Assembly (NCBI GenBank): GCA_001304155.1
Contig: LJUX01000003.1
Coordinates: 331-64,330 of the forward strand
DNA length: 64,000 nucleotides
Source of the DNA: a candidate division Zixibacteria bacterium SM23_73_3
Lineage (GTDB): Bacteria > Zixibacteria > MSB-5A5 > SM1-73
Direction of reading: 5' to 3'
The notes under the pieces were generated by a model. The model ran no database searches and was not told the origin of the DNA. It saw only the letters and a list, made by a program, of their open reading frames with translations. Made by a program: the position numbers and the translations under genes. Below, piece by piece: positions 35,325 to 44,322 of the stretch (position 1 is its first letter; each line of letters begins with the position of its first letter).

Positions 35325-35325
35325 G

Positions 35326-37704
35326 ATGAAAGTAAGTTTCAGATGGCTCAAAGAGTTTGTGGATTTCGATCTCTCAGTTGAAAAGTTAGCTTCCCGACTT
35401 ACCGACGCCGGGTTAGAGGTGGAGACCATCACATCGGTGGGTGGGGACTTGGACAGGGTGGTGGTGGGAGAGATCAAAAGAGTGTCCAGGCATCCGCGGA
35501 CAGATAAGCTATCTGTGTGTGAGGTGGCGGACGGATCGGAGAACCTCCAGATCGTGTGCGGTGCCCCCAATGTGAAGGAGGGTGCCAAGGTCCCGGTGGC
35601 TCTTGTCGGTGCCCGGCTACCCGGAGGAACTCAGATCACCAAAAACACCGTAAGGGGCGTGGATTCTTATGGTATGATCTGCTCAGAGAAGGAACTGGAG
35701 CTGGGGGAGGATGAGGAGGGGATCATGATTCTGGAAGCGGATCTTAAGGTGGGAGAATCTTTCTTTTCCGCACTGGGTTTGGAAGATCACATCCTGGATA
35801 TGGATCTTACCCCCAATCGACCTGATTGTCTTTCCATCGTAGGAGTGGCAAGAGAGGTGGCGGCTTTGTCTGGAAGTAGATTAAGAAAGAGAGAGGTGAG
35901 GCTGCACGAAATTGGGGAATTGGCTCAAGACAAGGTACAGGTGGAGATTGAAGATCCCGAAGCTTGTCCTCGATACGCCGCCCGGGTGATTGATGACGTC
36001 AAGATAGCCCAATCCCCTTTCTGGCTGAAAAGTAAACTGTATTCAGCCGGCATGCGCCCCATAAACAACGTGGTGGATATAACCAATCTGGTGATGCTGG
36101 AGCTGGGACATCCTCTACACGCTTTTGACTATAAACTCTTCAGACAAAAAAAGGTGGTGGTGAGAAGAGCGCAGGATGAAGAGAAATTTGTCACCTTGGA
36201 TCAGATTGAGCGTACCTTAAACCGGGAGGTTTTGCTCATCACCGATGGGACAAAACCGGTGGCAATTGGCGGAATAATGGGAGGGCTGGAGAGCGAGGTT
36301 GGTCCGGATACGAAAACAGTTCTTCTGGAGAGTGCCTATTTTGATCCGAGGGTTATCCGAAGGGGACGGATGTCTCTGGGAATATCCACTGAGTCTTCTC
36401 AGAGGTTCGAAAGAGGAGCTGATCCCAATGGCGTAGTGGACGCTTGTGACCGTGCGGCCGAACTTCTGGAAAACTTAGCCGGCGGAAAGGTGCTGAATGG
36501 TGTAGTAGATAACTATCCTTCTCCCATTTATCCGGTCCAAATAACTCTAAGACCGAAGCGGGTCAATAAGATTTTGAGCACCAAACTTAAGCCCCAGCGG
36601 ATCAAAGATATACTAACCTCACTGGAACTCTCCGTTAAGGAAAACCGTGATCTGGAGGTGGAGGTTCCTACTTTCAGACCCGATCTGACCCGGGAGATCG
36701 ATCTGGTGGAGGAAATAGCTCGGATCCATGGTTACGGCAATATAGAGACCACCTTGAGAGCTGGGGGCAATCTGGTGACGGAAATACTCTGGGAAGATGA
36801 GGTCTCCCGAAGGGTCAAAGAATTCCTGGTGGGAAGGGGATTTTTTGAGGTGATGACTAACAATCTGGTGGACCCTAAGATGCTGGATAAATTGAATCCT
36901 GATGTTACCCCGGTTAGGATAAGAAATCCTTTGAGCCAGGATCTATCCGTTCTTTCCACCACTCTGGCTTACAATCTCCTCGGGGTGGTGAGTCGGAACA
37001 AAAACCGGCTGGAGAGAAACGTGAGAATATTCGAACTGGGAAAGGTGTTTTTAGCCACGAGGAGTCGTCTGCCAGAAGAGAGGCTTCATCTGGGCATAGC
37101 TGTCTCCGGGAATAGAGAACCACGCCATTGGGAAACTGAAGAGGCGGAGACAGATCTTTTTGATCTCAAAGGTATCCTGGAGGGATTGTTCGACCATCTT
37201 CTTCTTCCATTTGAGTTAAGCCCCGGCGGAAATGCTTTTTTGCATGCGGACAAATGTTTCTATGTGCAGATGGGAGACGAAAAGGTTGGAATTTTAGGTG
37301 AGGTGTCCGAAAAGACACAAGATACCTTCGGAATCAAAGACAAGGTCTTCTTAGCGGAGCTGGATTTTGAGAAACTTACCGCCCGAGTGCCCAAAAGAAA
37401 AGAGTTCTCTTCTCTGCCCAAGTTTCCTCCGGTGGATCGGGACATAGCAATGGTGGTGGATGAGGCGCTGCTTTCCAAGATGATTGGAGACAAAATAAAA
37501 GAGGTGGGAGCAGGTATGGTGGAGGAGGTGGCTTTATTTGATGTGTATAAAGGGAAACAGGTTCCTGCTGGCAAGAAAAGCTTGGCTTACTCCATCCGAT
37601 ACCGCTCGCAGGAAAAAACGTTAACTGACGAGGAGGTGGATAGAATTCATCAGAAGGTGATCTCCGAGTTGGAGAAAAGCTTTGATGCCACTCTGAGAGA
37701 ATAA
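35326..37704 (+). CDS. pheT: phenylalanine--tRNA ligase beta subunit
   Basis: N-terminal tRNA-binding domain (MKVSFRWLKEFVD), B3/4, B5 and FDX-ACB domains. 792 aa. Confidence 0.97.
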   Translation: MKVSFRWLKEFVDFDLSVEKLASRLTDAGLEVETITSVGGDLDRVVVGEIKRVSRHPRTDKLSVCEVADGSENLQIVCGAPNVKEGAKVPVALVGARLPGGTQITKNTVRGVDSYGMICSEKELELGEDEEGIMILEADLKVGESFFSALGLEDHILDMDLTPNRPDCLSIVGVAREVAALSGSRLRKREVRLHEIGELAQDKVQVEIEDPEACPRYAARVIDDVKIAQSPFWLKSKLYSAGMRPINNVVDITNLVMLELGHPLHAFDYKLFRQKKVVVRRAQDEEKFVTLDQIERTLNREVLLITDGTKPVAIGGIMGGLESEVGPDTKTVLLESAYFDPRVIRRGRMSLGISTESSQRFERGADPNGVVDACDRAAELLENLAGGKVLNGVVDNYPSPIYPVQITLRPKRVNKILSTKLKPQRIKDILTSLELSVKENRDLEVEVPTFRPDLTREIDLVEEIARIHGYGNIETTLRAGGNLVTEILWEDEVSRRVKEFLVGRGFFEVMTNNLVDPKMLDKLNPDVTPVRIRNPLSQDLSVLSTTLAYNLLGVVSRNKNRLERNVRIFELGKVFLATRSRLPEERLHLGIAVSGNREPRHWETEEAETDLFDLKGILEGLFDHLLLPFELSPGGNAFLHADKCFYVQMGDEKVGILGEVSEKTQDTFGIKDKVFLAELDFEKLTARVPKRKEFSSLPKFPPVDRDIAMVVDEALLSKMIGDKIKEVGAGMVEEVALFDVYKGKQVPAGKKSLAYSIRYRSQEKTLTDEEVDRIHQKVISELEKSFDATLRE

Positions 37705-37795
37705 CGGAATATTGTTTTTATTTCACCGATTTATTGGGGTGAAATGCCCTAGTTTTAAAAACTGTTTAAAATAATTTTGAAAAAGAAGTTTTGTC

Positions 37796-38080
37796 ATGCA
37801 ATTGGAGAATTTTGACAGATTGGAAGAGAAGATCAGACAGGCGATGGAGCTGATCGACCGACTGCAACAGGAAAATCAAGAGATCTCCTCTTCCTATAGG
37901 AAGTTAGAGGATCAGATAAACAACTTTGAAAAAAACACAGAGAGCTTAAACTTTGAGGCAGAGAGATTGAAGAGCGAACTTGCCCACAAGGAAAGGAATT
38001 TTAATAAAAAGAGGGAGGAGATCAAGAGGCGGCTGGAGAAGCTCTTAGAAAAACTGGTGCCGCTGGAAAGCACAGATTGA
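37796..38080 (+). CDS. ZapB-like coiled-coil protein
   Basis: FDRLEEKIRQAMELIDRLQQENQEI parallels E. coli ZapB [25 protein letters not shown]. All coiled coil, 94 aa. Adjacent to zapA. Confidence 0.6.
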   Translation: MQLENFDRLEEKIRQAMELIDRLQQENQEISSSYRKLEDQINNFEKNTESLNFEAERLKSELAHKERNFNKKREEIKRRLEKLLEKLVPLESTD

Positions 38081-38086
38081 AAGAAG

Positions 38087-38253
38087 TTTCGAAAAGTGGA
38101 GCAAGTTTAGCTGAAGTGTTCCGCGTTGAAAGGACAGTATGCACCATTCGGTGCATACCCGTGGATCCTGCGCAGAATCTCTTGTGAGATAAAAGTTTTT
38201 GATACACTTGGCCTAAAGTGAAAGCTCCACATTCTCCCATCCCGGGAGTTTTT
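38087..38253 (+). ncRNA. candidate structured sRNA (long irregular hairpin with own terminator; 6S-like architecture is a hypothesis)
   Basis: Arm pairings: GTGGAGC(38096-102)/GCTCCAC(38224-30), TTTAG(38106-10)/CTAAA(38213-17), AAGTGT(38114-19)/ACACTT(38204-09). Internal perfect hairpin GTATGCACC-attc-GGTGCATAC (38137-58). CTCCC-atccc-GGGAG + TTTTT terminator (38234-53). Confidence 0.3.
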
Positions 38254-38275
38254 CGAAAGATATGGTTAAATTCTC

Positions 38276-38305
38276 TTGACAAATCGTAGTTGTTTTTCGT
38301 AATTT
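38276..38305 (+). promoter_or_regulatory. candidate sigma70 promoter for zapA
   Basis: TTGACA (38276-81), 18-nt spacer, TAATTT (38300-05). About 90 nt upstream of the zapA ATG. Confidence 0.4.
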
Positions 38306-38396
38306 TTATTTGAGGTGTTTTAGCAAACGGTTTTGAACTGTGGGGAAAGAAAACAGATGAGCTTTTAGAAATCTTCTAATTAATTAATCTGGCATT

Positions 38397-38699
38397 ATGG
38401 AAGAGAAAAAACAATCGGTTAAAGTTAATATTTTTGGTGAAGATTACCCTATTAAAGGAGATACGGAAGCTGTTTATATCCAAAAGGTTGCCAAATATGT
38501 AGATCAAAAGATGAAGGATGTGTCAGAGAGGTTATCCAATAAGCTGCCATTAAGGGTGGCAGTATTGGCAGCCATGAACATAACCGATGAGTTGTTCAAA
38601 GAAAGAGGAGATAAGGAGAAAAAACTTCTGAACGTAGAGGAAAGATCACAATCCCTTCTTGAACTGTTAGACAGCATGGTCGGTCGAGAAGATATCTGA
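38397..38699 (+). CDS. zapA: cell division protein ZapA
   Basis: VKVNIFGEDYPIKGDTEAVYIQKVAKYVDQKMKDV..LRVAVLAAMNITDELFK is typical of ZapA. Confidence 0.88.
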   Translation: MEEKKQSVKVNIFGEDYPIKGDTEAVYIQKVAKYVDQKMKDVSERLSNKLPLRVAVLAAMNITDELFKERGDKEKKLLNVEERSQSLLELLDSMVGREDI

Positions 38700-38718
38700 A
38701 GCTCTTTTTTGTTTTATT

Positions 38719-38810
38719 CCCCACTTTTGTTGGTTGATTTTGCCTGAGCGATTTTGAAAGACGTTGGTCTTTTCACAAAGGCAAAATCTAAAAAATAAGT
38801 GGGGTTTTTT
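38719..38810 (+). terminator. three-tier nested hairpin followed by T-run (zapA terminator and/or rny leader element)
   Basis: CCCCACTT(38719-26)/AAGTGGGG(38797-804) encloses GATTTTGCCT(38736-45)/AGGCAAAATC(38779-88), which encloses TGAAAGAC/GTCTTT(t)CA. TTTTTT at 38805-10. Confidence 0.6.
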
Positions 38811-38851
38811 CATATAGGGTCGAGGTGACCCACGGGGAAGGAGAAGCAGTT

Positions 38852-40414
38852 ATGAGCAACTTAATAATTATCCTTATAGCCGCGGGTGTGGCGATTTTGA
38901 CCTTCTTTTTTGGGTGGGTTGTCAGCCGCAAAATAGGGGAGATGAAGCGGGGAAAGGCTGAGGAGCTATCAAAGAAGATCATACAGGAGGCGGAGAAAGA
39001 GGCGGAGATTAAGAAGAAGGAGGCTATTTTAGAAGCCAGAGACGAATGGTATAAAGCCAAAGTCAATTTTGAAAAAGAACTTCAGATCAAAAAATCTGAG
39101 TTAGCGCGATTGGAAAAAAGGCATTCAGAAAGGGAGGCACACTTAGATCGAAAGGTAGATATTTTAACCAAAAAAGAAAGGGAGATACAGAACCGGGACA
39201 AAATTCTGTTCGCCAGGGAGAAGGCGGTTCGGACGAAAAGTGATGAACTGAGCCGAAAGATCGCCGATCAGAACAAACAATTGGAGAGGATAGCTCAGAT
39301 GACCTCGGAGGAGGCAAAAAAGCTGTTGATGGAGAACCTAGAAAGTCAAGCCCGACAGGAAGCTGCCCAGCTTATCAAGGAGATCAAAGAACAGGCAGAG
39401 CAAACAGCAGAGAAGGAGGCCAAAGACATAATCATCTCCGCCATTCAGAGATGTGCGGCTGATCACACGGTGGAATCAACTGTATCGGTGGTGAATCTTC
39501 CCAACGAGGAGATGAAGGGGCGCATCATCGGAAGGGAGGGACGAAACATTCGTTCCTTCGAGACCGCCAGCGGAATCGATGTGATCGTGGATGACACCCC
39601 AGAAGCGGTGATACTTTCAGGTTATGATCCTATAAGAAGGGAGATCGCCCGAATGGCTTTGGAGAAGTTGATCATGGATGGAAGAATCCATCCTGCCCGC
39701 ATTGAGGAGGTGGTGGCAAAGGCGGAAAAGGAAATGGAAGTTATCGTCCGGGAGACAGGAGAACAAGCTTGTTTCGATGTAGGCATTCATGGAATTCATC
39801 CTGAGTTGGTGAAACTTTTGGGCAAACTCCAGTTCCGAACCAGCTACGGTCAAAACGTTCTCCAGCATAGCAAGGAGGTGGCTTTCCTTACCGGACTGAT
39901 GGCGGCGGAGCTGGATTTGGACCCCAATTTAGCTAAAAGAACTGGCCTTTTGCACGACATAGGTAAAGCCGTGGATCGAGAAACCGAAGGAACTCATACC
40001 CAGATAGGTTACAATGTTGCCCAGAAATATGGGGAGAATCCGATGGTCTTAAACGCCATCGCCTCTCACCATGAGGACGTTACCTCTGAATCTCCCTATT
40101 CCGTTCTGGTTCAGGCGGCTGATGCCATCTCCGGAGCCAGACCCGGTGCTCGACGTGAAACATTGGAAGGATATATCAAAAGGTTGGATAAACTGGAGGA
40201 ACTGGCTGATTCGTTCAAAGGTGTGGCTAAATCCTATGCCATTCAGGCGGGAAGGGAGATCAGGATTATTGTGGAACATGAGCGCATAGATGACCAAGGT
40301 GCGGAAGAACTGGCGAACGAGATGGCAAAAAAGATAGAGGCTGAGCTGGAATATCCCGGACAGATTAAGGTTACGGTAATCCGGGAAACCAGAGCCATTG
40401 ACTACGCGAAATAA
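38852..40414 (+). CDS. rny: ribonuclease Y
   Basis: N-terminal TM, long coiled coil, KH domain ([15 protein letters not shown]), HD domain ([12 protein letters not shown]). Start at ATG 38852 with GGAAGGAGAAG SD. Confidence 0.96.
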   Translation: MSNLIIILIAAGVAILTFFFGWVVSRKIGEMKRGKAEELSKKIIQEAEKEAEIKKKEAILEARDEWYKAKVNFEKELQIKKSELARLEKRHSEREAHLDRKVDILTKKEREIQNRDKILFAREKAVRTKSDELSRKIADQNKQLERIAQMTSEEAKKLLMENLESQARQEAAQLIKEIKEQAEQTAEKEAKDIIISAIQRCAADHTVESTVSVVNLPNEEMKGRIIGREGRNIRSFETASGIDVIVDDTPEAVILSGYDPIRREIARMALEKLIMDGRIHPARIEEVVAKAEKEMEVIVRETGEQACFDVGIHGIHPELVKLLGKLQFRTSYGQNVLQHSKEVAFLTGLMAAELDLDPNLAKRTGLLHDIGKAVDRETEGTHTQIGYNVAQKYGENPMVLNAIASHHEDVTSESPYSVLVQAADAISGARPGARRETLEGYIKRLDKLEELADSFKGVAKSYAIQAGREIRIIVEHERIDDQGAEELANEMAKKIEAELEYPGQIKVTVIRETRAIDYAK

Positions 40415-40559
40415 AAAAGGTGTCGGATCCTATCGAAGCAGAGGAGTTAATTTCAGAAAATGGATGCGGTGCCTGTCTGGAAAGCATAGACGAAATACTA
40501 TGTTGGTGTAGATCATAAAGCCGGGTCTAAGTTTATGGATTTAATACAGGAGACTTGAT

Positions 40560-41384
40560 TTGAACGTACTATTCATTGCAGATATAGTCGCCAGACCGGG
40601 GAGATGGGCAGTTTCCCAGTTCCTTCCCGATCTTCAAAAACTACACCAGATAGACTTCACCATAGCCAACGTGGAAAACGCCGCTGGTGGTTTCGGTTTA
40701 ACCAAGGAGATAGCTAAAAAAATTCACTCCTACGGAGTGGATTGTTTAACCAGCGGCAACCACATATGGGATCGAAAAGACATATATCCCTACTTAGACG
40801 AAGATGAACGCATCTTAAGACCTGCCAATTATCCCCCGGGTGTTCCGGGAAGAGGGTCGGAAATATTTGAGACAGCAGAGGGGCAAAAGATCGGGGTTTT
40901 GAACATCCAGGGAAGGGTTTACATCAAGGAGACTGACTGTCCTTTCAGGGTGGCAGAGGAGGAGATCAAAAGACTGAAAGACGAGACAAACATCATCGTT
41001 GTGGATCTGCATGCGGAAGCCACATCCGAAAAGATAGCTTTGGGATGGTATCTGGATGGGAAGGTTTCTGCGGTTTTAGGGAGCCATACTCACGTGCAGA
41101 CCGCAGATGAGATCATCCTGCCTGCGGGAACTGCCTATATAACCGATGTTGGAATGACCGGCGCCCATGACTCAGTAATCGGAATAAACAAAGATGACGC
41201 TCTTTCCCGCTTTCTCTTACAGATTCCTCGCCGTTTTACGCCCGCCAAAAAAGACATCAAGTTTTGTGGGGCAATGGTTAAAATTGATGCGGAGACCGGC
41301 AAAGCCTTAAGCATTGAGAGAATCAAAATTGACGTTCCCAGACCGGAGGATGATGAGGATAAGGAGAACAAGCGACTTTTGTGA
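40560..41384 (+). CDS. ymdB: YmdB-like metallophosphoesterase (2',3'-cyclic-nucleotide phosphodiesterase family)
   Basis: LFIADIVARPGR, ANVENAAGGFGLT, TSGNHIWD, DLHAEATSEK and GSHTHVQTADE motifs. rny-ymdB adjacency as in Bacillus. Confidence 0.9.
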   Translation: MNVLFIADIVARPGRWAVSQFLPDLQKLHQIDFTIANVENAAGGFGLTKEIAKKIHSYGVDCLTSGNHIWDRKDIYPYLDEDERILRPANYPPGVPGRGSEIFETAEGQKIGVLNIQGRVYIKETDCPFRVAEEEIKRLKDETNIIVVDLHAEATSEKIALGWYLDGKVSAVLGSHTHVQTADEIILPAGTAYITDVGMTGAHDSVIGINKDDALSRFLLQIPRRFTPAKKDIKFCGAMVKIDAETGKALSIERIKIDVPRPEDDEDKENKRLL

Positions 41385-41418
41385 GTTCGTGAAAGAAACT
41401 TCTCAAACAGGAGCGGTT

Positions 41419-42315
41419 ATGCCTGCAGAAATCATCGATGGAAAAAAGATTTCCTCAGAGATAAAAGAAAGTTTAAAAGAGAAGATAGAAGATCTAAAAA
41501 AAGGAGGAGAAGTTCCCGGATTGGCGGCAATCCTGGTGGGAGATAATCCTGCCTCTCAAGTTTATGTGAATATGAAGGCGAAAGCCTGTGAGAAGGTGGG
41601 CATCTTCTCTGAGGTATACCGATATCCCAAGGAATTGCCCGAATCCGAGCTTTTGAAAAAAATTGATGAATTGAATAGAAAAAAGACCATACACGGGATC
41701 TTAGTTCAGTTTCCTACACCAAGACGGATAAGCGAGGAGAAGGTGATTTTAGCCATTGACCCGAAGAAAGATGTGGATGGATTTCATCCTTTCAACGTGG
41801 GAATGATGCTGGCTGGTAAGCCAACCTTTTTGCCCTGCACCCCTTTGGGCATTCAAGAGTTGCTTTTAAGATCAGGGAATGATCCCTCCGGAAAGCATGT
41901 GGTGATACTGGGGCGGGGAAGTCTAGTGGGCAGACCGCTTGCTCCCATGTTATATCAAAAAACAAAAGGTGCAAATGCCACCGTCACTGTTTGTCATACT
42001 GGGACAAAAGACCTTTTAGGCATCACCAAACAGGCTGACATTTTGGTTGCTGCAATGGGTAGGGCAAAATTTGTTACTGCAGATATGGTCAAGCCAGGAG
42101 TGGTGGTAATCGACGTGGGGACCAACCGAATGGAAGACTCCACAACTAAATCCGGATATAGACTGGTGGGAGACGTAGATTTCGATTCAGTCAGCCAGGT
42201 GGCAAAGGCTATCACTCCGGTTCCGGGGGGGGTGGGTCCCATGACCATCGCCATGCTCCTGTCAAATACGGTTAAAGCTTGTGAAATGCTGTCAACCAAC
42301 AGGTCAGCGGATTGA
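41419..42315 (+). CDS. folD: bifunctional methylenetetrahydrofolate dehydrogenase/cyclohydrolase
   Basis: MPAEIIDGKKIS.., LAAILVGDNPASQVYV, ILVQFP, DVDGFHP, GRGSLVGRPLA, PVPGGVGPMTIAML. Start at ATG 41419 with AGGAG SD. Confidence 0.96.
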   Translation: MPAEIIDGKKISSEIKESLKEKIEDLKKGGEVPGLAAILVGDNPASQVYVNMKAKACEKVGIFSEVYRYPKELPESELLKKIDELNRKKTIHGILVQFPTPRRISEEKVILAIDPKKDVDGFHPFNVGMMLAGKPTFLPCTPLGIQELLLRSGNDPSGKHVVILGRGSLVGRPLAPMLYQKTKGANATVTVCHTGTKDLLGITKQADILVAAMGRAKFVTADMVKPGVVVIDVGTNRMEDSTTKSGYRLVGDVDFDSVSQVAKAITPVPGGVGPMTIAMLLSNTVKACEMLSTNRSAD

Positions 42316-42598
42316 ACGGATTAAGCGGATAAGACGGTTAGAACGTATCCTTCGTGATTGTGGGCTTAGCAGAAAGGCCTCTGTCGGCTGGGCTTTCAAT
42401 CTGACCTGTATCACTTTTCTCTGAAAATAACCCTTTTAAATTCCACTCTGTTTTATTCTAACAGAAAATAAACTTAGTCTTTCTCAAGGGTCGTAACTTT
42501 AGACATATCGGATTCTTCCACCAACAGGGGTGGTTGATGCAAGATGAGCTTGACATAAGGGATTTTTTGATTATTCTATTAAAAGAAGGGATGATTGC

Positions 42599-43015
42599 AT
42601 GTCTATTATGGGACCAAAATTGAAACAAGGGTATAAAATTGCCCAATGCTGTTCTCCCCAGCCGAATGATCCCATCATCGGATATTTCAGCTATAATAAT
42701 ATAGTGGTAGTGCATAAAACCTCCTGTGGCAACCTTAAGAAGGCTGAATCGGAACGCCTAATTTCTTTATCCTGGAAGGACATTTTAGAAAAGAAGGAGG
42801 ATAAACCGGATAAAGATTATTACCGGTTAGATGAGCTTGATTTTCGTGTCTTGAAACACCACCAAGTGATGGGGGTGGATTATTCCTTGATGGTGGCGAA
42901 GATTTTGAACATCGAACCTAAAGAGGCTTTCGAGCGCCATAGAGAGATGAAGGATTTGAAACTTTTGAAAAGAGTTGAAAAGGTGATGATCCAGTATCGA
43001 AAAAAACATAGTTGA
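42599..43015 (+). CDS. small protein: RelA/SpoT-type Cys-rich (ZFD/CC) domain fused to an HTH-like domain
   Basis: IAQCCSPQPNDPIIGYFSYNNIVVVHKTSCGNL..RLISLSWK parallels the RelA segment [33 protein letters not shown]. The C-terminal half (LDELDFRVLKHH..MVAKILNIEPKEAFERHREMKDLKLLKRV) looks winged-helix-like. Confidence 0.55.
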   Translation: MSIMGPKLKQGYKIAQCCSPQPNDPIIGYFSYNNIVVVHKTSCGNLKKAESERLISLSWKDILEKKEDKPDKDYYRLDELDFRVLKHHQVMGVDYSLMVAKILNIEPKEAFERHREMKDLKLLKRVEKVMIQYRKKHS

Positions 43016-43203
43016 GAATAAATGGATCAAGCATCGCAATCACACCTATTATCAAATCACTCCCAAAGGAGAAAAGTATCTTGATTTTTTTATTTCCCAA
43101 AAAGCCAGAAGGATTTAAGTTACCTATCGCTCCCAGTGCCGGAGGTAAATTTTATTTTTTTCAGTCATAATTGTTGCGTTATGAATGTAGGAGTTTAAAA
43201 GAT

Positions 43204-43578
43204 ATGGGATTTTTCAAAAGCTTATTCTCCAGACCGCCAAAACCAGGTAAGCCGACCCCGGTAACTGATGAGTCCTTTCAAAAGGAGGTGCTTGAATCTG
43301 AGATTCCGGTGGTGGTGGATTTCTGGTCGGCCAGGTGTCCACCCTGTCAGGTTATGGCGGGACTTTTGGATGAGATCGGTCCGGATTATGCCGGACGGGT
43401 GCGTATCTTCAAATTGAATGTGGACCAGAATTCCCAAACAGCCATGCAGTATCGGGTGCAAAGTATCCCCACGGTCTTCTTTTTTAACAAGGGGAAACCA
43501 GTTGATCGGATCGTGGGGCTTTTGCCGTTGAATCCCTTGCGGGCGAAGCTGGATGCACTTGCCCGATCAAATCGTTAG
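43204..43578 (+). CDS. trxA: thioredoxin (CPPC active-site variant)
   Basis: VVVDFWSARCPPCQVMAGLLDEI..VQSIPTVFFF.KGKPV. Start at ATG 43204 with AGGAG SD. Confidence 0.9.
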   Translation: MGFFKSLFSRPPKPGKPTPVTDESFQKEVLESEIPVVVDFWSARCPPCQVMAGLLDEIGPDYAGRVRIFKLNVDQNSQTAMQYRVQSIPTVFFFNKGKPVDRIVGLLPLNPLRAKLDALARSNR

Positions 43579-43589
43579 TTAAATTTTAT

Positions 43590-43691
43590 GTAGGGACAGG
43601 GCTTGTCCCTGTCCTGATCGTAAATGCGGACAGCCACACTTCGTGCCGAGCCTCAGTGCCGAGGCAAGGGCTGTCCCTACGGCTGAAGCCC
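43590..43691. repeat. inverted pair of GTAG-flanked palindromes (REPIN-like)
   Basis: GTAG-GGACAGGG-cttgt-CCCTGTCC (43590-614) faces GGACAGCC..(33 nt)..GGCTGTCC-CTAC (43628-80). Followed by GGCTgaAGCC (43681-90). Confidence 0.7.
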
Positions 43692-43714
43692 ATTTGATAA
43701 TGAGATAAAGTTAT

Positions 43715-44200
43715 ATGAAAAAGGATAGCCTGTTCGATAAATATCTTTTGGCAAAACCGAACATAAGAATGGTAATCGAATGGCCCATACTAATTGCGAT
43801 AGGTATTATTGGCACTATATTTTCTTTACAGACAATTCCTTTTTCCCCAATTTCAAACATAGTTGGAGTTGTTTTTTTAATAGTGGGATTTAGTATCCAT
43901 CGATCTTCTCATAGAACTCATAAGCAAGCACATAAACAATCAGAGAAAATTCAAAAACTTGCGACTGATGGAATATATTCAAAAATAAGGCACCCAGGTT
44001 ACCTTAGTTTAATTCTGATATATTTCGGTTTTATGTTTGCATGGGGGATTGTGTGGATTTCAGTTCCAGTCGTTATTTTTGCTGTCCTCACCGTGTTAAC
44101 GGCGATTAGAGAGGAAGAAATGCTAAGGAATAGATTTGGACAAGAATACGAAGAATATACGAGCCACGTACCTTGGAGATTCATACCGAAAATATTTTGA
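43715..44200 (+). CDS. isoprenylcysteine carboxyl methyltransferase (ICMT/PEMT) family membrane protein
   Basis: Multi-TM. GIYSKIRHPGYLSLIL and EEEMLRNRFGQEYEEYTSHVPWRFIP motifs. Confidence 0.85.
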   Translation: MKKDSLFDKYLLAKPNIRMVIEWPILIAIGIIGTIFSLQTIPFSPISNIVGVVFLIVGFSIHRSSHRTHKQAHKQSEKIQKLATDGIYSKIRHPGYLSLILIYFGFMFAWGIVWISVPVVIFAVLTVLTAIREEEMLRNRFGQEYEEYTSHVPWRFIPKIF

Positions 44201-44322
44201 TCCTTTGAAAATAGAAGTTCCCGATTGTACTGATGCTTTGCTTGGGTATTCCGTTGAGGATTAATCTTTTGCCGGAGCATCTGGGAGTATCTCCCAGAGT
44301 TTGCATAAAAATGGAGGTAAAA

